NCBI GenBank assembly: GCA_028534125.1
Contig: CM052816.1
Location: 45,510,001-45,574,000, forward strand
Direction of reading: 5' to 3'
DNA: 64,000 nt
From: Lama glama
Taxonomy: Eukaryota
Shown here: one piece after another, positions 27,013 through 39,568 of the stretch
Layout: every line of letters begins with the position of its first letter
Numbering within the stretch: position 1 is the first letter of the stretch
Notes under the pieces: generated by a model
What the model saw: only the letters and a program-made list of their open reading frames with translations
Databases searched by the model: none
What the model was told of the DNA's origin: nothing
Program-made: the position numbers and the translations under genes

Positions 27013-27217
27013 CTGAGCAAATCCAACAACTCCATAGGCATCATCATTGGACAGAATAGTTATTTTTACATAACCATTAATACCAATCTCTGCTCCTCCT
27101 TTGGGATTTTTAAGCTGAACTCTGAAGGATTCATCTTCCTCTGGAACTATATCATCAAGGATATTCACCACTATTACAGCTTCCTCGTCTCCAGGTTCAA
27201 ATATCAATTCACCTGAA
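27013..27217 (-). CDS. ADGRV1: ADGRV1 exon (~52), 205 nt, SGELIFEPGDEEAV...NDDAYGVVGFAQ
   Basis: GCTAG|T, CAG|GTAAAG, phase 2-0. Confidence 0.95.
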
Positions 27218-27547
27218 CTAGCATAAGAAGTATATATAAATAAGTCAACTACAACAAATTAAAGACATATAAATGGTAGATTAACCATAACACTCTCATA
27301 ACATTGATCATTACTGAAAGTTTTCAGAAATCACATTTCATAAGTAAAATTTCAATACAAAATATTCATATAATACTGATTAACTGAGAAAAATAGATAT
27401 TAAAAATGGATAATAACCAAATTTGTGGCTTATAAATAGCTCTTCTATTTTATTTCTTTTTTCAGTCACTAAAGAGAGACTTAGAAATTAGGTATCATAT
27501 AAAATTATGGTGAGATAAAGACACTCAGCATAAAATGTTGAACCTAC

Positions 27548-27770
27548 CTGGGAATAAAGTCAGACTGGCCAGAGATGTAGGCCAGTTCATATAGGTGTGA
27601 GTGGGTGGCTCCCACCAGAGCAATCAAATTCTTGCTTGAATTAAGGGACTTTACTGTAACAGAGGCTGCCTCAAGTGCAGAAGGTGCTTCCAGAATAAAA
27701 GAGAACTGATTCAGCTCTGAATTCCAGCAGTAAAGAGCAGACACAGCTTGGCCAAGAAGAAGTATGTGGA
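27548..27770 (-). CDS. ADGRV1: ADGRV1 exon (~51), 223 nt, VHILLLGQAVSALYCWNS...GQSDFIP(S)
   Basis: TGCAG|TC, CAG|GTAGGT, phase 1-2. Confidence 0.95.
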
Positions 27771-29489
27771 CTGCAGGAAGGAAAGAAAAGGCAGAGAGAA
27801 TAAAATGTCAATGTCATATCCCACACTCCCTGCATGGGTAACTCAGCAAAACCCTCCCACCTCTCAAAGTTCCTTTTTGATTACTGAAGTAACTAAATAC
27901 GATTCAATTTCTGAAACAACTGGATAAAAATAATAATTTGTAAATACCGTGGAACAATCAAGTCAGCCTGACAATGTACTCACAATCCACTTAATTTAAA
28001 AAAAAAAATCACTGGATGATAAAACCCAATGGATTCTGGATTCTTTTATATTCATCTTAATATTTAGTTATTTATTGGAGACCACGGTAGGATGTTTTTA
28101 AAACTGAAAAATACTCATAATCCCACCACTAAATGTTTCAGTTTTGTATTTTTCTTTCCAGTCATCATCCACGTGAATTTATAATTGACCTAGTTATAAA
28201 CAGTCTAAATTTAAAAACTTAATTAAAAAGCTTAATGCTATATTTCTAGTATATATATTATAGTTTTATATTTTGCTATATTCAGATTTATAATTTTAAT
28301 GCATAGACACTAATCCATAGGGCTGACCTTTAAATATATTTAATAATTCCCCTACATTGGATGTCTACTGCTATTTGCTAACTTTTCAATATTAGTGAGA
28401 GACAGGGTTCATCATTTTAATTATTTTCACTTGATAAATTCTTAAAGGTATCCGAGGATATTAACAAATTTATGATCTTGGCGTATATTCTGTCAATGCT
28501 TTTTGAGATGTTAGTAGGAAAACATGCTGTCAATAATTCAAAGCAATGGCATATTACTTGTATTTACAAAAATTAGAATGGGAGAGAGGGCTTACTGTGT
28601 ACATACCATTAAGCAATCTTCAGACTTAAAACTCGGAAGAAAGGTGAGAAATCAAAGAGAAACATACACAAATTCCAGTACTTGGAAGAACACATCGGAA
28701 TAGGAAGTTATCAAATAAGATTAATCAGGCATTAAAAGAGTACATAGAACCAGAACTCATGAGTCTCTTTTAACATTTTAGTCAATAGGTTAAAATGGAA
28801 TAGTCCATATCCTTACTCTTAAATAACAAGAACTACTGATCATGTTTACTTATGGTAATTAATTTAAGTACTATTTCAGTTCAGTAACTGTTACATAGTA
28901 AGGATCAAGAAAGGCTGATATTAGTAAACTTGCATTTTTAAAACTAGTCAAATGTATTCAAAAAGCTCTGTGAAACTGTATATACATCAGTAAAGAGCAG
29001 ACTCCTCAGATGAATCTCTACATCTCTCAAGTTTAACTGATTCTACAGTCTCAATCAAAATCATAAACTAAAGTATTCTGAACATCACTGATTATATATC
29101 TTAACCCTTGGAGATAGACCCTATTTGATTCCACACAATCGTATTAGGATAACAAGGCAGCGAATAGACAATCAGACATTCAGAGTAGGAAATGTCGGAG
29201 CTGCATATGTGTATGCAGAAACTACTTTCTCAGAAAATGGACATTTATATTTGTTCAAGATCATGAAATTAGGACACAGAATTTACAAGGGGAAAAAAAT
29301 TCCCTAAATCTCTACTCTGGGGAACAGGATTCTAACTAGTCCTGATTATAAAATTCTCTTCCATTTAGCACAACTATTTAAAAAAGACAAAAATATGCCA
29401 AAGGAAGGCAACTGGATAAGATTATTTAAAAAGTAAGTGTAGATGAAGAGAACTTCTCTGACTAAGTGCTAGATAGATGAAGCATTCCT

Positions 29490-29720
29490 AACATTCAGAG
29501 ATCTGGGAATGTAGAGAGGGACCAGCAAGAGACAGAGCAGCCAGGGAGGGCTGTATGGGAAGCAGTGTCCTCAGGAGGGAGCTGAGTTCCCAAGCAAGGA
29601 GATGAAGGGAAGATTCTGAGGAAGGTTTGACATACAGTGCAGCTGCTCCACAGGGCATAATGGAAGGGTTTGGAGAGTTGGGGGACGCGAGAGTTGAGCA
29701 TCTCAACTGAAAATTAGGGC
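29490..29720 (-). mobile_element. LINE-2 ORF2 N-terminal (endonuclease) relic
   Basis: Peptides KPFHYALW, SLHLLA and LPPEDTAS in shifting frames. Confidence 0.6.
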
Positions 29721-30179
29721 TAATATGGTGCAGAGCATGTTAAGACCACATGGAGAAAACAGTTTCTTTATCCCCAGGGATTTGGTCTTCTTAAAGGGTG
29801 ATGAAACAGGGATAAAGCAAGGGATGAATTAATACAAGTGATGTCCAAAGGCCATGATTTCCAAAGGCGATAGTTCTGATGAAACTGAGAGTGCTCAGGT
29901 ACTAGGGAGGGAGGGGTAAGTTTTTCCAGCAGCATCCAGAGCTTTGAGGATTAAATGAGATAAAGTGAGGCGTTAGAATAGGACCTGGGACATAATAAAC
30001 ATTCAGCAAGCGTTAGCTACAGATTTCCATACTTGCTGACTCCTTTTATCACATATTCTCCTTTACCTGCCCTTTAAAAAGTGGAATTCAGCAAAAGTTG
30101 GTTTGAAGGCCCCTTCTCTCATACTGCACAGTCTCTTTGTAGACAATTTCACCTCTGTCTGTAGTAAAATGACTCTCTT

Positions 30180-30660
30180 TATGCGTAAACCTCCAATGTT
30201 CAGCTGCAGTTGAGGACTCCCTTTTAAGCTCCAACCAGTTAACACTTATTCAGTATCTGCACATGAAGGACTCAAAGGCATCTCAATTTATCCCAATCAA
30301 ATTCAGTACCTCTGTCCCCCAAAGCCTGGATTTTTCCCCCAGTGATCACCATAATGGCCAGAGGACTATCACCCATTCATTCGCTGCAGAAACTAGGGCT
30401 CAACCTGGACATTCTCTCTCACCTACCCCCCATGTCTAATCTATCATCAGTTCCCTTGGATTATGACTTGTGAAATAGCTTCTGAATTAACCCACTTCTA
30501 TGATTTTGCACCCCTATCACCTACCACTTTCCAAGTTCAAACATTCAAGATATTTGGTCTGAACTGTGATGTAATTGTCCACTGAGTCAGCTTGTGTTCA
30601 GACATCCTCTCTTACCAGCCTCTAAGTTTTTCTCCTATTGGCACTCAAAGCACCTTTTTT

Positions 30661-30701
<41 letters not shown>

Positions 30702-31320
30702 TCTCACTCACACCTGCACACAGTCTCTGTCTCTGTGTCTGTCTCTCTATCTCTTTCTCTCTCTGCAACCTTCTCTTTCTCCATCTCCTCATCACATTCT
30801 CATAAAAGGCACTCTAATACTTTTAGGATAAAGACAAGAACCCTGTAAGTCCCTATCTGCGCACCTGATTACTCCTTCGGTTTTACCCGTACCACTCGCC
30901 TCTCACTGCCACACTGGCCTCTTCCTGGTTCTTTCCTAAAAGCACATGCCCACTGCCACCCTCTGCCCTCTGCACGCTGCTGGAGGCTGCCTCGTGCTCA
31001 AATCTGTGCCCCATTAACTCCTACTCACCTTGTAGTTCCCAATTAAATGTTTCCTCCTTAGAAGGCTTCCTGAGCATCCCTTGGACCAGGACATGTCCTC
31101 TCCATTTTGTATTATGAGAGTATTTTTTACTTTCATAGCAGCTATCTGTTTGTAGCTTAAAATTTATTTGTGTGATCATATATTATGGTTCTCTTCCCTA
31201 TCAGATGTTTAACTTCTTCAGGGCAGAAACTATATCTGATTTTGCCTATCCTTGTTTCCTCAGGGTCTACCATTGTGCTTGGCACCTAACTGGCACTAAA
31301 ACATATCTATTAAATAATAA
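30180..31320 (+). mobile_element. Degraded LINE-2 3' region containing a microsatellite
   Basis: L2-like CT-rich body and 3' end (TGCTTGGCACCTAA...TATCTATTAAATAA); approximate. Confidence 0.5.
30664..30765. repeat. (CA)n microsatellite followed by an imperfect (CT)n tract
   Basis: About 17 perfect AC units at 30664-30697. Confidence 0.95.
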
Positions 31321-32388
31321 AGGAGAAAAGGGAGAAAGGACAGATGGGTTTATACGTCTCTGCAGTCTTTGTCATAATCATTCTTCCTCTTCCATTTAAA
31401 GAATTCAGTCACCACCCAATAATCTCTGTCAAGTCATTAACCAGAATAAATATGTAATTCTCATAGTCATGGCTCCAATCTAACACTTTTAATAAAATAT
31501 TTGACACACTCAAAATAAGAAAGTCCTTGAATATTATTAATGCATAATTTTGGCTTTCAGGGGATCTATAATAAGCCATTCTAAATAATTACCTATAATC
31601 TTTCCATACTTCTACATCCTCAAGTCACAGAAACAAAAGAAATAAAGAGACTTCACAATGGGTCCCTTAACAAGCCTCTGGCAGAATTTTTCACAAATTC
31701 TTTTAGAAAGTATGACTATTCTCTTTTTTTTAAGTCTTTAAAGGGAATTCTATAACTTCAATTAATGGCCCATTCAGGCAGCACTCTTCATCCTTAAAAA
31801 CACTCATTAGGGACTATTTGCATTATAATAAGTGATTCAAGTAGACGTAGTTAGTCCACTTGAAAACTTGAGGTAAGAAGAAGCAAAAATTCTAAAGACA
31901 CAAAATTAGAGACAAGTAGACAAAAACTAAACAAATCCTTGATGAAAGCTATGTGATTTACTCAGTTAATGAACTGCCGAGTGCATGATAAGTCACAGAG
32001 TTGTATATCATAGGGTGACATCACAGACTGACGGTCTGGCAGAGGCTGACAATGTAAAGGGAAGTTATTTAAGAAGAGGATGAGCAAAGCAGACAGACCC
32101 AGGACTGACTGCAGCGTGAACTGGTGTGGAGGCTGGAAAACATGTGCAGAACGTGGGGAGAACACGGCATGGACGTATGGGAGGACGCAGGGCTGAAGAG
32201 GAGGGAGTAGGACATGGGGAAGCAAAGGACAATGAGATAAACAATCTACTGAAAACGAGAGGTGAACAACCTCTGATTCCTGGTCAGCAGTGAAGGTGCC
32301 TGAAGGTGGCAGCGCCTAAAGGGTACAGCGCCTGAGAGAGAAAGCAGCAGGAGTAATGCAGGAAAACGGAGTCGGGCGTGAGGAGGGC

Positions 32389-32987
32389 TGTATTCCAGGA
32401 CTCAGTTGAGCCCCTGGGACATGCCCCACCAGGCTGTGGTCCTTGGCTTTGCACAGGAAAGAATCCAAGAGCAAGCCACAGTTGAGTAAAGGTAGATTTA
32501 TTTACAGAGATATATTGAAAGGCAAGAGAAAGGCCACAAGGTGTGGAGGTTGGATGGTCAGATTAGAGTAAAAGTAGGTACACACTCCACAGACAGAGCA
32601 CAGGCTGTCTCCAAAGAGGGAGAGAGAGCGGGGTGGCCGAGAGGGGCAGTGTTGCCAGTTTTTATGGGCTTGGTAGCTTCATATGCTAATAAGTGGAAGG
32701 ACCAGTCTAACTAGCCTAGGGAAGGGGCTGGGATTCCCAGGAAGTTGGCCATTTCCCACTGTGACCTTTTGTGGCTAGCCTTGGGACTGTCATGGGTGCC
32801 TGTGGGCATGTTATTCACTATGTTAATATGTTACAATGGGTGTATAATGAAGCTCTAGGTCTACTGCAAGTCAAATCTCCCACCATCTTGAGCCTCAAGG
32901 CCTACTGTGGGTTGAATGTTTCGCCATTCTGGTGTTAACTGCTGTGTTATTCCTTAAATGGCTGTGCCCTGCCCTCTTCCTGTCTCA
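32389..32987 (-). mobile_element. Solo ERV LTR (~600 bp, ERV1-like), same orientation as ADGRV1
   Basis: TG...CA termini, higher GC than flanks, minus-strand CATAAAAA (32659-32666) followed by AATAAA (32497-32502). Confidence 0.75.
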
Positions 32988-33070
32988 GGAGGACACCAAA
33001 GAGAAAAATGCAAGAATAGACTCCTGTATTCATGCCAAATCCTCTACCCTCCTCAACTGCATTTACTCTG

Positions 33071-33269
33071 TAGGTTTTTTTTTTTTTTTACTGAAGTATA
33101 GTCAGTTTACAATGTTGTGTCAATTTCTGGTGTACAGCACAATGTTTCAGTCATACATGAACATACATATATTTGTTTCCATATTCTTTTTCACCATAAG
33201 CTACTACAAGATATCGAATATATCAAATAAGTTTATACTGTATAGCATAGGGAACTATATTAGGTTTTT
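33071..33269 (-). mobile_element. L1 3' UTR fragment with 5' inversion and TSD
   Basis: PolyT at 33075-33089, L1 UTR antisense to ~33222, then sense piece 33225-33260; TAGGTTTTT on both sides. Confidence 0.85.
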
Positions 33270-33491
33270 AATTTCTGTGAGTTCAACTACCCCCATGTGT
33301 CGACCTGTCCTCTTACTGATCTTCCGGCCTCAGCTCCTCATCTCTAACCACCCACTAGGGGATCTACATCACTTTGGCCTGGGCAGCTACAAACTGCACC
33401 CAGCACATTCTACACACTAAAGCCAGGTGGGCGCATAAAACGCCTTTGATCATCACCAACCTTTGAAATGCCTTCAAGGATTTCTCCACTT

Positions 33492-33994
33492 CAGTAATGC
33501 TCAGAGCATAGTCCGTGGATCTCTAAGAGTTCCTGAGACCCTTTTAGAGGGCCTGTGAGGGCAAAACTGTTTTCTTAACAATACTAAGATGTTGCCCACT
33601 TCACTCACTCTCTGAGTGCACAGGGGGATTTCTCACGGCCAGATGACTGGTATTACTGCAATGGGCTCAGAGATGCAGACATGGGGATCCAACTATCAAA
33701 CCAGACGTCAAAGAGATTTGTAAAAACAAAAAAGCAACGCCACTCTTCTTACAAAGTTCTTGTTTTGGAAAATCTAGGGTTGTTTTTTTTTAATTAAAAC
33801 ACCTATTAATTATGTGCACAGGTGATGAGTTCATTTTAAAATGAATTAATATATATCTTTTAAATTCCCCAGATTTATTTTCTAATATAATAAATATCAA
33901 TAGATAGAATCCACACAAACAAAAAACTCTTTGAGGTTCTCAAATTTTTAAGAGGGTGAAAAGTTTCTAAGACCAAAAAGTTTGGGAACCACTG
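33492..33994 (+). mobile_element. hAT-Charlie non-autonomous DNA transposon (Charlie4a-like)
   Basis: CAGT...ACTG termini, ending TTTGGGAACCACTG; internal GAGACCCTTTTAGAGGG..CAAAACTGTTTTC resembles recalled consensus. Confidence 0.7.
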
Positions 33995-35230
33995 GACTAC
34001 CCCTGGACACAGTTCAACCCAAGAGCCCAACACTCCAGACCTTCCCATACAGGCTCTGCCTAGGTTCCCAGTCCTGCCAGCACCACATTCCAAGTCCAAG
34101 CCTCTGTCCTCTCACTGCAGTCTGTTCATTGTACACTCAATGCCATTGACACTTCTGCCTTTCTCTTCTGCTCACACCTTCCCCCTTGTCCACAGTATTT
34201 CCTACCAATCTCCCCAAGCATGGCTCAAGCTCCCCTCTGAGACTTCTTAACCACTCCAATTCTATCACTCACACAGCAAATGGTATTGGTACTCCACCTT
34301 GAATTATTATCTTAATACTTTTCTTGCCTCTCCAACCAGACATTAAACCTTTGAAGACAAGGAATTCTTCATAACTTTAAACACCGACTTACATATAACG
34401 TCTAATTAATACATGTTGTTCAATTTACGCTGAATTGCTGTGCCTCAGTTTAAAAGTGGGACTCTGATTCATCCAGACTTGTCTGCTGAGCCTCTCAGGC
34501 TTGGCTTCTAAGTTTCTCTGGGCACCTCAACAGAAGACACTGATTATCAATACTCTGTGAAGCAGCCCTCAATCCCACCACGCCAACTGCCCTTGGCTTC
34601 TTCACCTACTGCCACTAGCCCACCCAGTAATTTCTTACCAACACTGAAATAATCCTACAGCCTCCAGACAGCACTAACCCCTTGGAGTCTCAGTAATAGA
34701 CTTTGTTTCCAGAAACCATTAAGATTTAAAATACTGCTTATATTTCTGACATGTGGACCTAAAGTACAGAGGACCAAGAAAGGACTTCAGACTGTAGAAG
34801 GAGGTGGGGAGAGTGAAGGAGGACAGCAGCATTTTCACAATCACTTTCTGACTTTTAAAAAAAAAATTCTCAGATGCAGATACTTGTTATCACCTTATAA
34901 ACACCTTTATATTTAAATATATATTTGCAATGTCACACTTCATGTCTTCCCTAGACAAAAGAAATGTATTACCTTAATTTAACTTTCACTAATATTTTCT
35001 CCCATATTTTAGTCATTCTGATTCTTCTCAAGCACAATGCCCATTTTAAAAGCATCTATCCTTTTGAAATTCTAGTATTTCTGGAAATACTATTATAAAG
35101 ATCTTGATTTTACATCCTTACTAAAACACCCAGAATCTGGCAATGTGACAATACTGCTAATTCAATGAGATTACAATCTTAGATTTCCACTCTGCCTTTA
35201 GGATTTTTTTATCAGTTTAAAAGCCCTTAC

Positions 35231-35353
35231 CTATTCCTGAAGCTGGTGTGAAGGAGTGGATCTTATTAACAGCAGCAAAATCCAGGGATTGAAAATATCT
35301 GAAAGAAGCCTTTCCTATCTCCCAGATGAAAATTTCAATTGAATTCTGATCTC
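35231..35353 (-). CDS. ADGRV1: ADGRV1 exon (~50), 123 nt, GDQNSIEIFIWEIGKASFRYFQSLDF...PASGI
   Basis: TGTAG|GA, TAG|GTAAGG, phase 1-1. Confidence 0.95.
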
Positions 35354-36091
35354 CTACAATAAGAGAATAAAAGTCAAATCTGAAGGCAAAAGTTACAGGG
35401 AAAAAATGACAAAATTACACAGTAAAATTATAATTAAAACATTAAATTTAGTTTAAAAACAAATTTAGTAGGACACTCCTCAAAATTCACTCAATTAAAC
35501 AAAAATATGACTTACTAGGAAGTACTTCAAAAGTCTTTTTGCACTTACAACATGGAATACATACATAGTTAGCCACTAATCATGACCTGATACTAAACAG
35601 AGAATAGTAACAGGTATTTTCTTTTTAGGGATGTTGAAATTTTACCTATGAAAGTTCTACTAAACAGAAAAACGCATATTTGTTTTCAGAGAATACTTTT
35701 AAACTGTCTTATCAAAAGCTGCTTAGCGCTATTTCTTACCACCAGAGATCATCAATGACATTCCAAGTATAGTCATATAAAAAGTTACCTATTTGCACTC
35801 TGGGTGTAAGATCGTCATAGATCTTTTTACTTTACCCACTCATCCCCAATTTTATTTTAATATCTTTAACATAGTGGTCCAGAACACCTCACGATTATGG
35901 ACATAACATATAAAATGTTTTTCTTTTTTCCCAAAATCCATTTGTAGCCGACAGTCAATACTTACGTCCATCAAGAAACATTCTAAGGATTAGCTGCAAA
36001 ATTATTACAAGAGCATTTTCATATGAACAGACTATATAATGCAAAAAAATTTTAACGATATGTATGCTTTGCAAGCACTGTATCTTCTCAC

Positions 36092-36356
36092 CTAGAAAGA
36101 CAGTTTTGGCAAAAATTAAGTAAATATCATCTCCTAAAGTCAAGGCTTCCACTTGTGTTGTCCCACTGATGGGCACTTCTTGAAAGTTGATAAACTCATT
36201 GCCAGACCACCTGAGTAACAGGGAGTTTGGCCTGGCATTTGCCTGGATAACGGCTAAGAACAGAGCGCCTCCTCTGGTGAACAAGGCCATGCTCAGCACA
36301 CCTCGGACGGGGAGCATCTGATGCAACACGAAGCTTCCTCCATTCCATCTGAAGAC
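36092..36356 (-). CDS. ADGRV1: ADGRV1 exon (~49), 265 nt, VFRWNGGSFVLHQML...IFAKTVFL
   Basis: TGCAG|GTC, TAG|GTGAGA, phase 0-1; EAR motifs. Confidence 0.95.
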
Positions 36357-36894
36357 CTGCAGGGAAGGTTCAAATACAGAACCCTCAGGACTAGGAACTT
36401 GGCACTTCTGAGAATTTAGCCAGTATCAGACGTTTATCTTCCAGTTACAAAAATACTTTTGTCAATGAGAAAATACCAAAACTGGCCCTCCCTCTCACTG
36501 CCCACTCTCTCTGCCAGTGTGTGCGTATGTGTGTGTGTGCCTGAGTACACACACACACAGACTGAGTGGAAAAGAAGTCATCTGGAAATAAATCAATTTC
36601 AAATATACATCTGGGCAGGGGTAGGTGACAGCAAGAGAAGAGGGAAGACAAAAAAAGAGAGAATTAGTTTAAATACAAAAATTTTAGAACTGGATAAGAA
36701 ATGCTGTATTCTAATGCTGTATTATCAATACACACTGCTCAAGCCATATAAAGAGAAACACCTAAACGTTTCAGTCCTGAAGGTGGCAATGCATACAAGG
36801 TTTCACGTGAGTATTCGTGTATTTAAAACTAAAAATTTAAAAAACCCCAATCTATCTGATTTCTTATGTAATGTGGTCAATTTCCCAAAGAATT

Positions 36895-38870
36895 ATATTT
36901 ATTCAGTCAGTAACTGGGAACCTTGCATGAGCCAGGCAGTCTGCTAGAAGTTACAGATAGAGTGCCTTTTCCCTTTATGGATCTTACTAACAGCTAGGAA
37001 AAGGTAAACAATAAACACACCAATAATTAAATAAATGCCTGATTATTACATTGAGACAAGTGCTCAAGAGAACAGTTAGGATGGTATAACAGGGAATTAT
37101 GAGTGTACTAGGGAAGTAAAGTTAGAAGGAACGACATGACAGTTTCTAAGGCAGAAGACGTGTGTCATAATCTGAAGACTGGTCCAGCCAGAATGAAGTT
37201 GATGGCATCGGGGAACTGGGGGAACAAAGATAAACCTGGAGAGGTAAGACTACAAGGTACCTTTTGTTAAGGTGATCATGTAATTTATCACAGGGAACCC
37301 TGAGAGAGTGAAGGAGACAACCTTAGCAAGTGAGTCAGGACAACAAGCATAATCCAGTACTGTGCTGGGCCAATAAGAAGATAGGGTTATCCTATTTACA
37401 GTCCAAATTAAATAATTTGGAATCTATTCCAAACATAATTAGAAATCACTGAATAATTTTCAAATAAGGAACAGCAATGAATTAATAAGGGACAACAATG
37501 AATTAATATTTTTAAAAGATTGCTCCAGTTCCTTGATGGAACATGGATCTGAAGATATCAGAGAAGTTCAGAGACCAAACAGAAGGTACTCTGCTAGTGC
37601 GGTGGGACGTGCTGGAGACCCGGATTAGGGAGGAAGAAGGAGAGGTGAAAAGAAACATCTGTACTCAAAACAGCATCAGGAGACAGAATGAGAAACACTT
37701 TATAATAAATTAGATGTGAATGAATAACAAAGAAAAATCAAGAAAGTTGTAACCCAGCATTCTATCTTGAGCAATTGCATTTATAAGGCTGCTATTTCCC
37801 GAGATGAAAGCAAACACCTGAAACAAGTGTCACAGGGACAACTTCAAGTTTAGTTTGGGATATGTTAAATCTTAGATACCTAAGAGATATTTAAGTGGAT
37901 ATGCCAAAAGGCATTCTATTCTATGAAGCCTAGAATACAGAGGAAAGGTAAATCTGGAAGACATCCTATAGCTGATACTTAAAGCCACACGACTGATAAA
38001 ATACTCAGTGAGTGAAGAGAAAGAAAAAAAATTTTTGAACCAAAACTGAACCTGAAAAAGTCCAAGGTATCTAAGTTCAGAAAAGGGAGAAGGAAGTGGT
38101 AATGGAGACTGAGAAGGATGACACAGAGAGACAGAATGAAAACCTATGTGGTATCTCAACAATCAAGAGAAGAGATGGTTTAAATCTGAGGATGAGGCAA
38201 GTGTCAAGTGCTGATGGGAAGTAACGTAAAATAATGACAGAAAAATACCCACTATATTCGCCAGCCATCATCAGTGACTGTGAGGAAGTTTACAAAGCAA
38301 GTAGATAATTCTTTCAAGATTCTGACTATAGAGGGGAGAAAGAAATGAAACAGGAAGCCAAGGGGGATGAGATCAGGAGAGAAATTACTTTTTAAGCCTG
38401 GAGAGGCCGCGTTTACACTGACTGCAATAACCTGACTGAGAGAGAGGTGCTGGGAACACCGGCATGAGAGGGAGTAACTAACACTTATGAGGACGAGAGG
38501 GGCACCTATGTGAAGAGCCTGGCTTTCACATGAGAAACATTTCCTCCTGCACAACAGGCGGGAGGAGTAAGACTGCGTTTTGAGAGGGTTTCTGAATTTG
38601 GTGTTGGGAAGATGAGGAAGCTCCTTTCTGGTAGTTTTCATTTCAACAAAGTCACGAGCTGACAGTGAAGAGATGAGAAGCAGGTATGGGAGTCTGAGGA
38701 ATGACAAAAATTATCAAATAAATATCATTAGGATAGTGAGATACAGTTTACTAGAGAAACATGGGATTTCCAGGGTGATGTTGAGTGCCCTTTTGGCAAT
38801 GCTAAGCATGAATTTTCAGTGATTCCATCTATCCCGTTGTGTGATTTTTCTCCACAATGTTTTCTAATGC
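36895..38870 (-). mobile_element. Degraded LINE-2 (3' end plus ORF2 relic)
   Basis: Purine-rich + strand; L2 3'-end-like sequence near 36900; minus-strand peptide RKELPHLP typical of L2 ORF2; boundaries approximate. Confidence 0.65.
37268..37394 (+). mobile_element. hAT-Blackjack MITE (MER81/MER94-like) nested in an L2
   Basis: Degenerate TIRs TAAGGTGATC / GGTTATCCTA. Confidence 0.6.
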
Positions 38871-39117
38871 AATTAAATTCTAAAATTAAAAGTTCATGCT
38901 TATTATTACACTTGCTCTGGCTCTTGAAGACAATATAATACTCTTAACTTTTATCATTTAAAAACTGACTGTGACTAACCAATGTCTATATTCTTCTTTA
39001 CTAGTTTACCACAATCAAATGATGGTTTTCTTTTACACTAAACCTACAGACTACATCTTTGATGTGTTTCAATTATGCTATCAAAAAGAAAAAAGATTCA
39101 TTTTAAAAGAATCAAAC

Positions 39118-39225
39118 CTGAGTTAATTCAGAATCATCTCTTTGACTCGCAACAATTAAATAATCTTGACTGTCTGAAGTAAAATACCTTACTTGAGAAC
39201 TTTGTGAAATAATGATCGTTTGTAC
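39118..39225 (-). CDS. ADGRV1: ADGRV1 exon (~48), 108 nt, VQTIIISQSSQVRYFTSDSQDYLIVASQRDDSELTQ
   Basis: TGCAG|GTA, CAG|GTTTGA, phase 0-0. Confidence 0.93.
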
Positions 39226-39568
39226 CTGCAAGAAAGACAGAACAGCGGGAATAAAAATTTAAAGGAAAATTTAACTAAGAAAGGCTCTAAATACAGTAAC
39301 AGTATAAGTAAATATTTGAAGTTCAAAACTTGAAAACTCCTCTGATCCCTAGCTGTGCCTATTGAGGTGTCATTCCAAAGCAGACAAAAATATCCCTGGA
39401 CTAAGACACTCCGCCAAAATGTGTATCAACCTGTTTTTAAGCCCTTTTAGACCTTTTTCACATTAACAGAGAATGTACACTATCTTGTATTCAGATCAAT
39501 CTCACGAATCTGATTTGTCTTTAAATTAAGCAATCTACAAAATAAGTGAAGTTTGTTTTTTTTTTTAC

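Noticed and set aside
32932..33420. 162-aa ORF
   Set aside because: Runs across the LTR end, polyT and L1 UTR; a repeat-derived artefact
36459..36947. 162-aa plus-strand ORF
   Set aside because: Includes TG/CA microsatellite translation and low-complexity sequence; no homology
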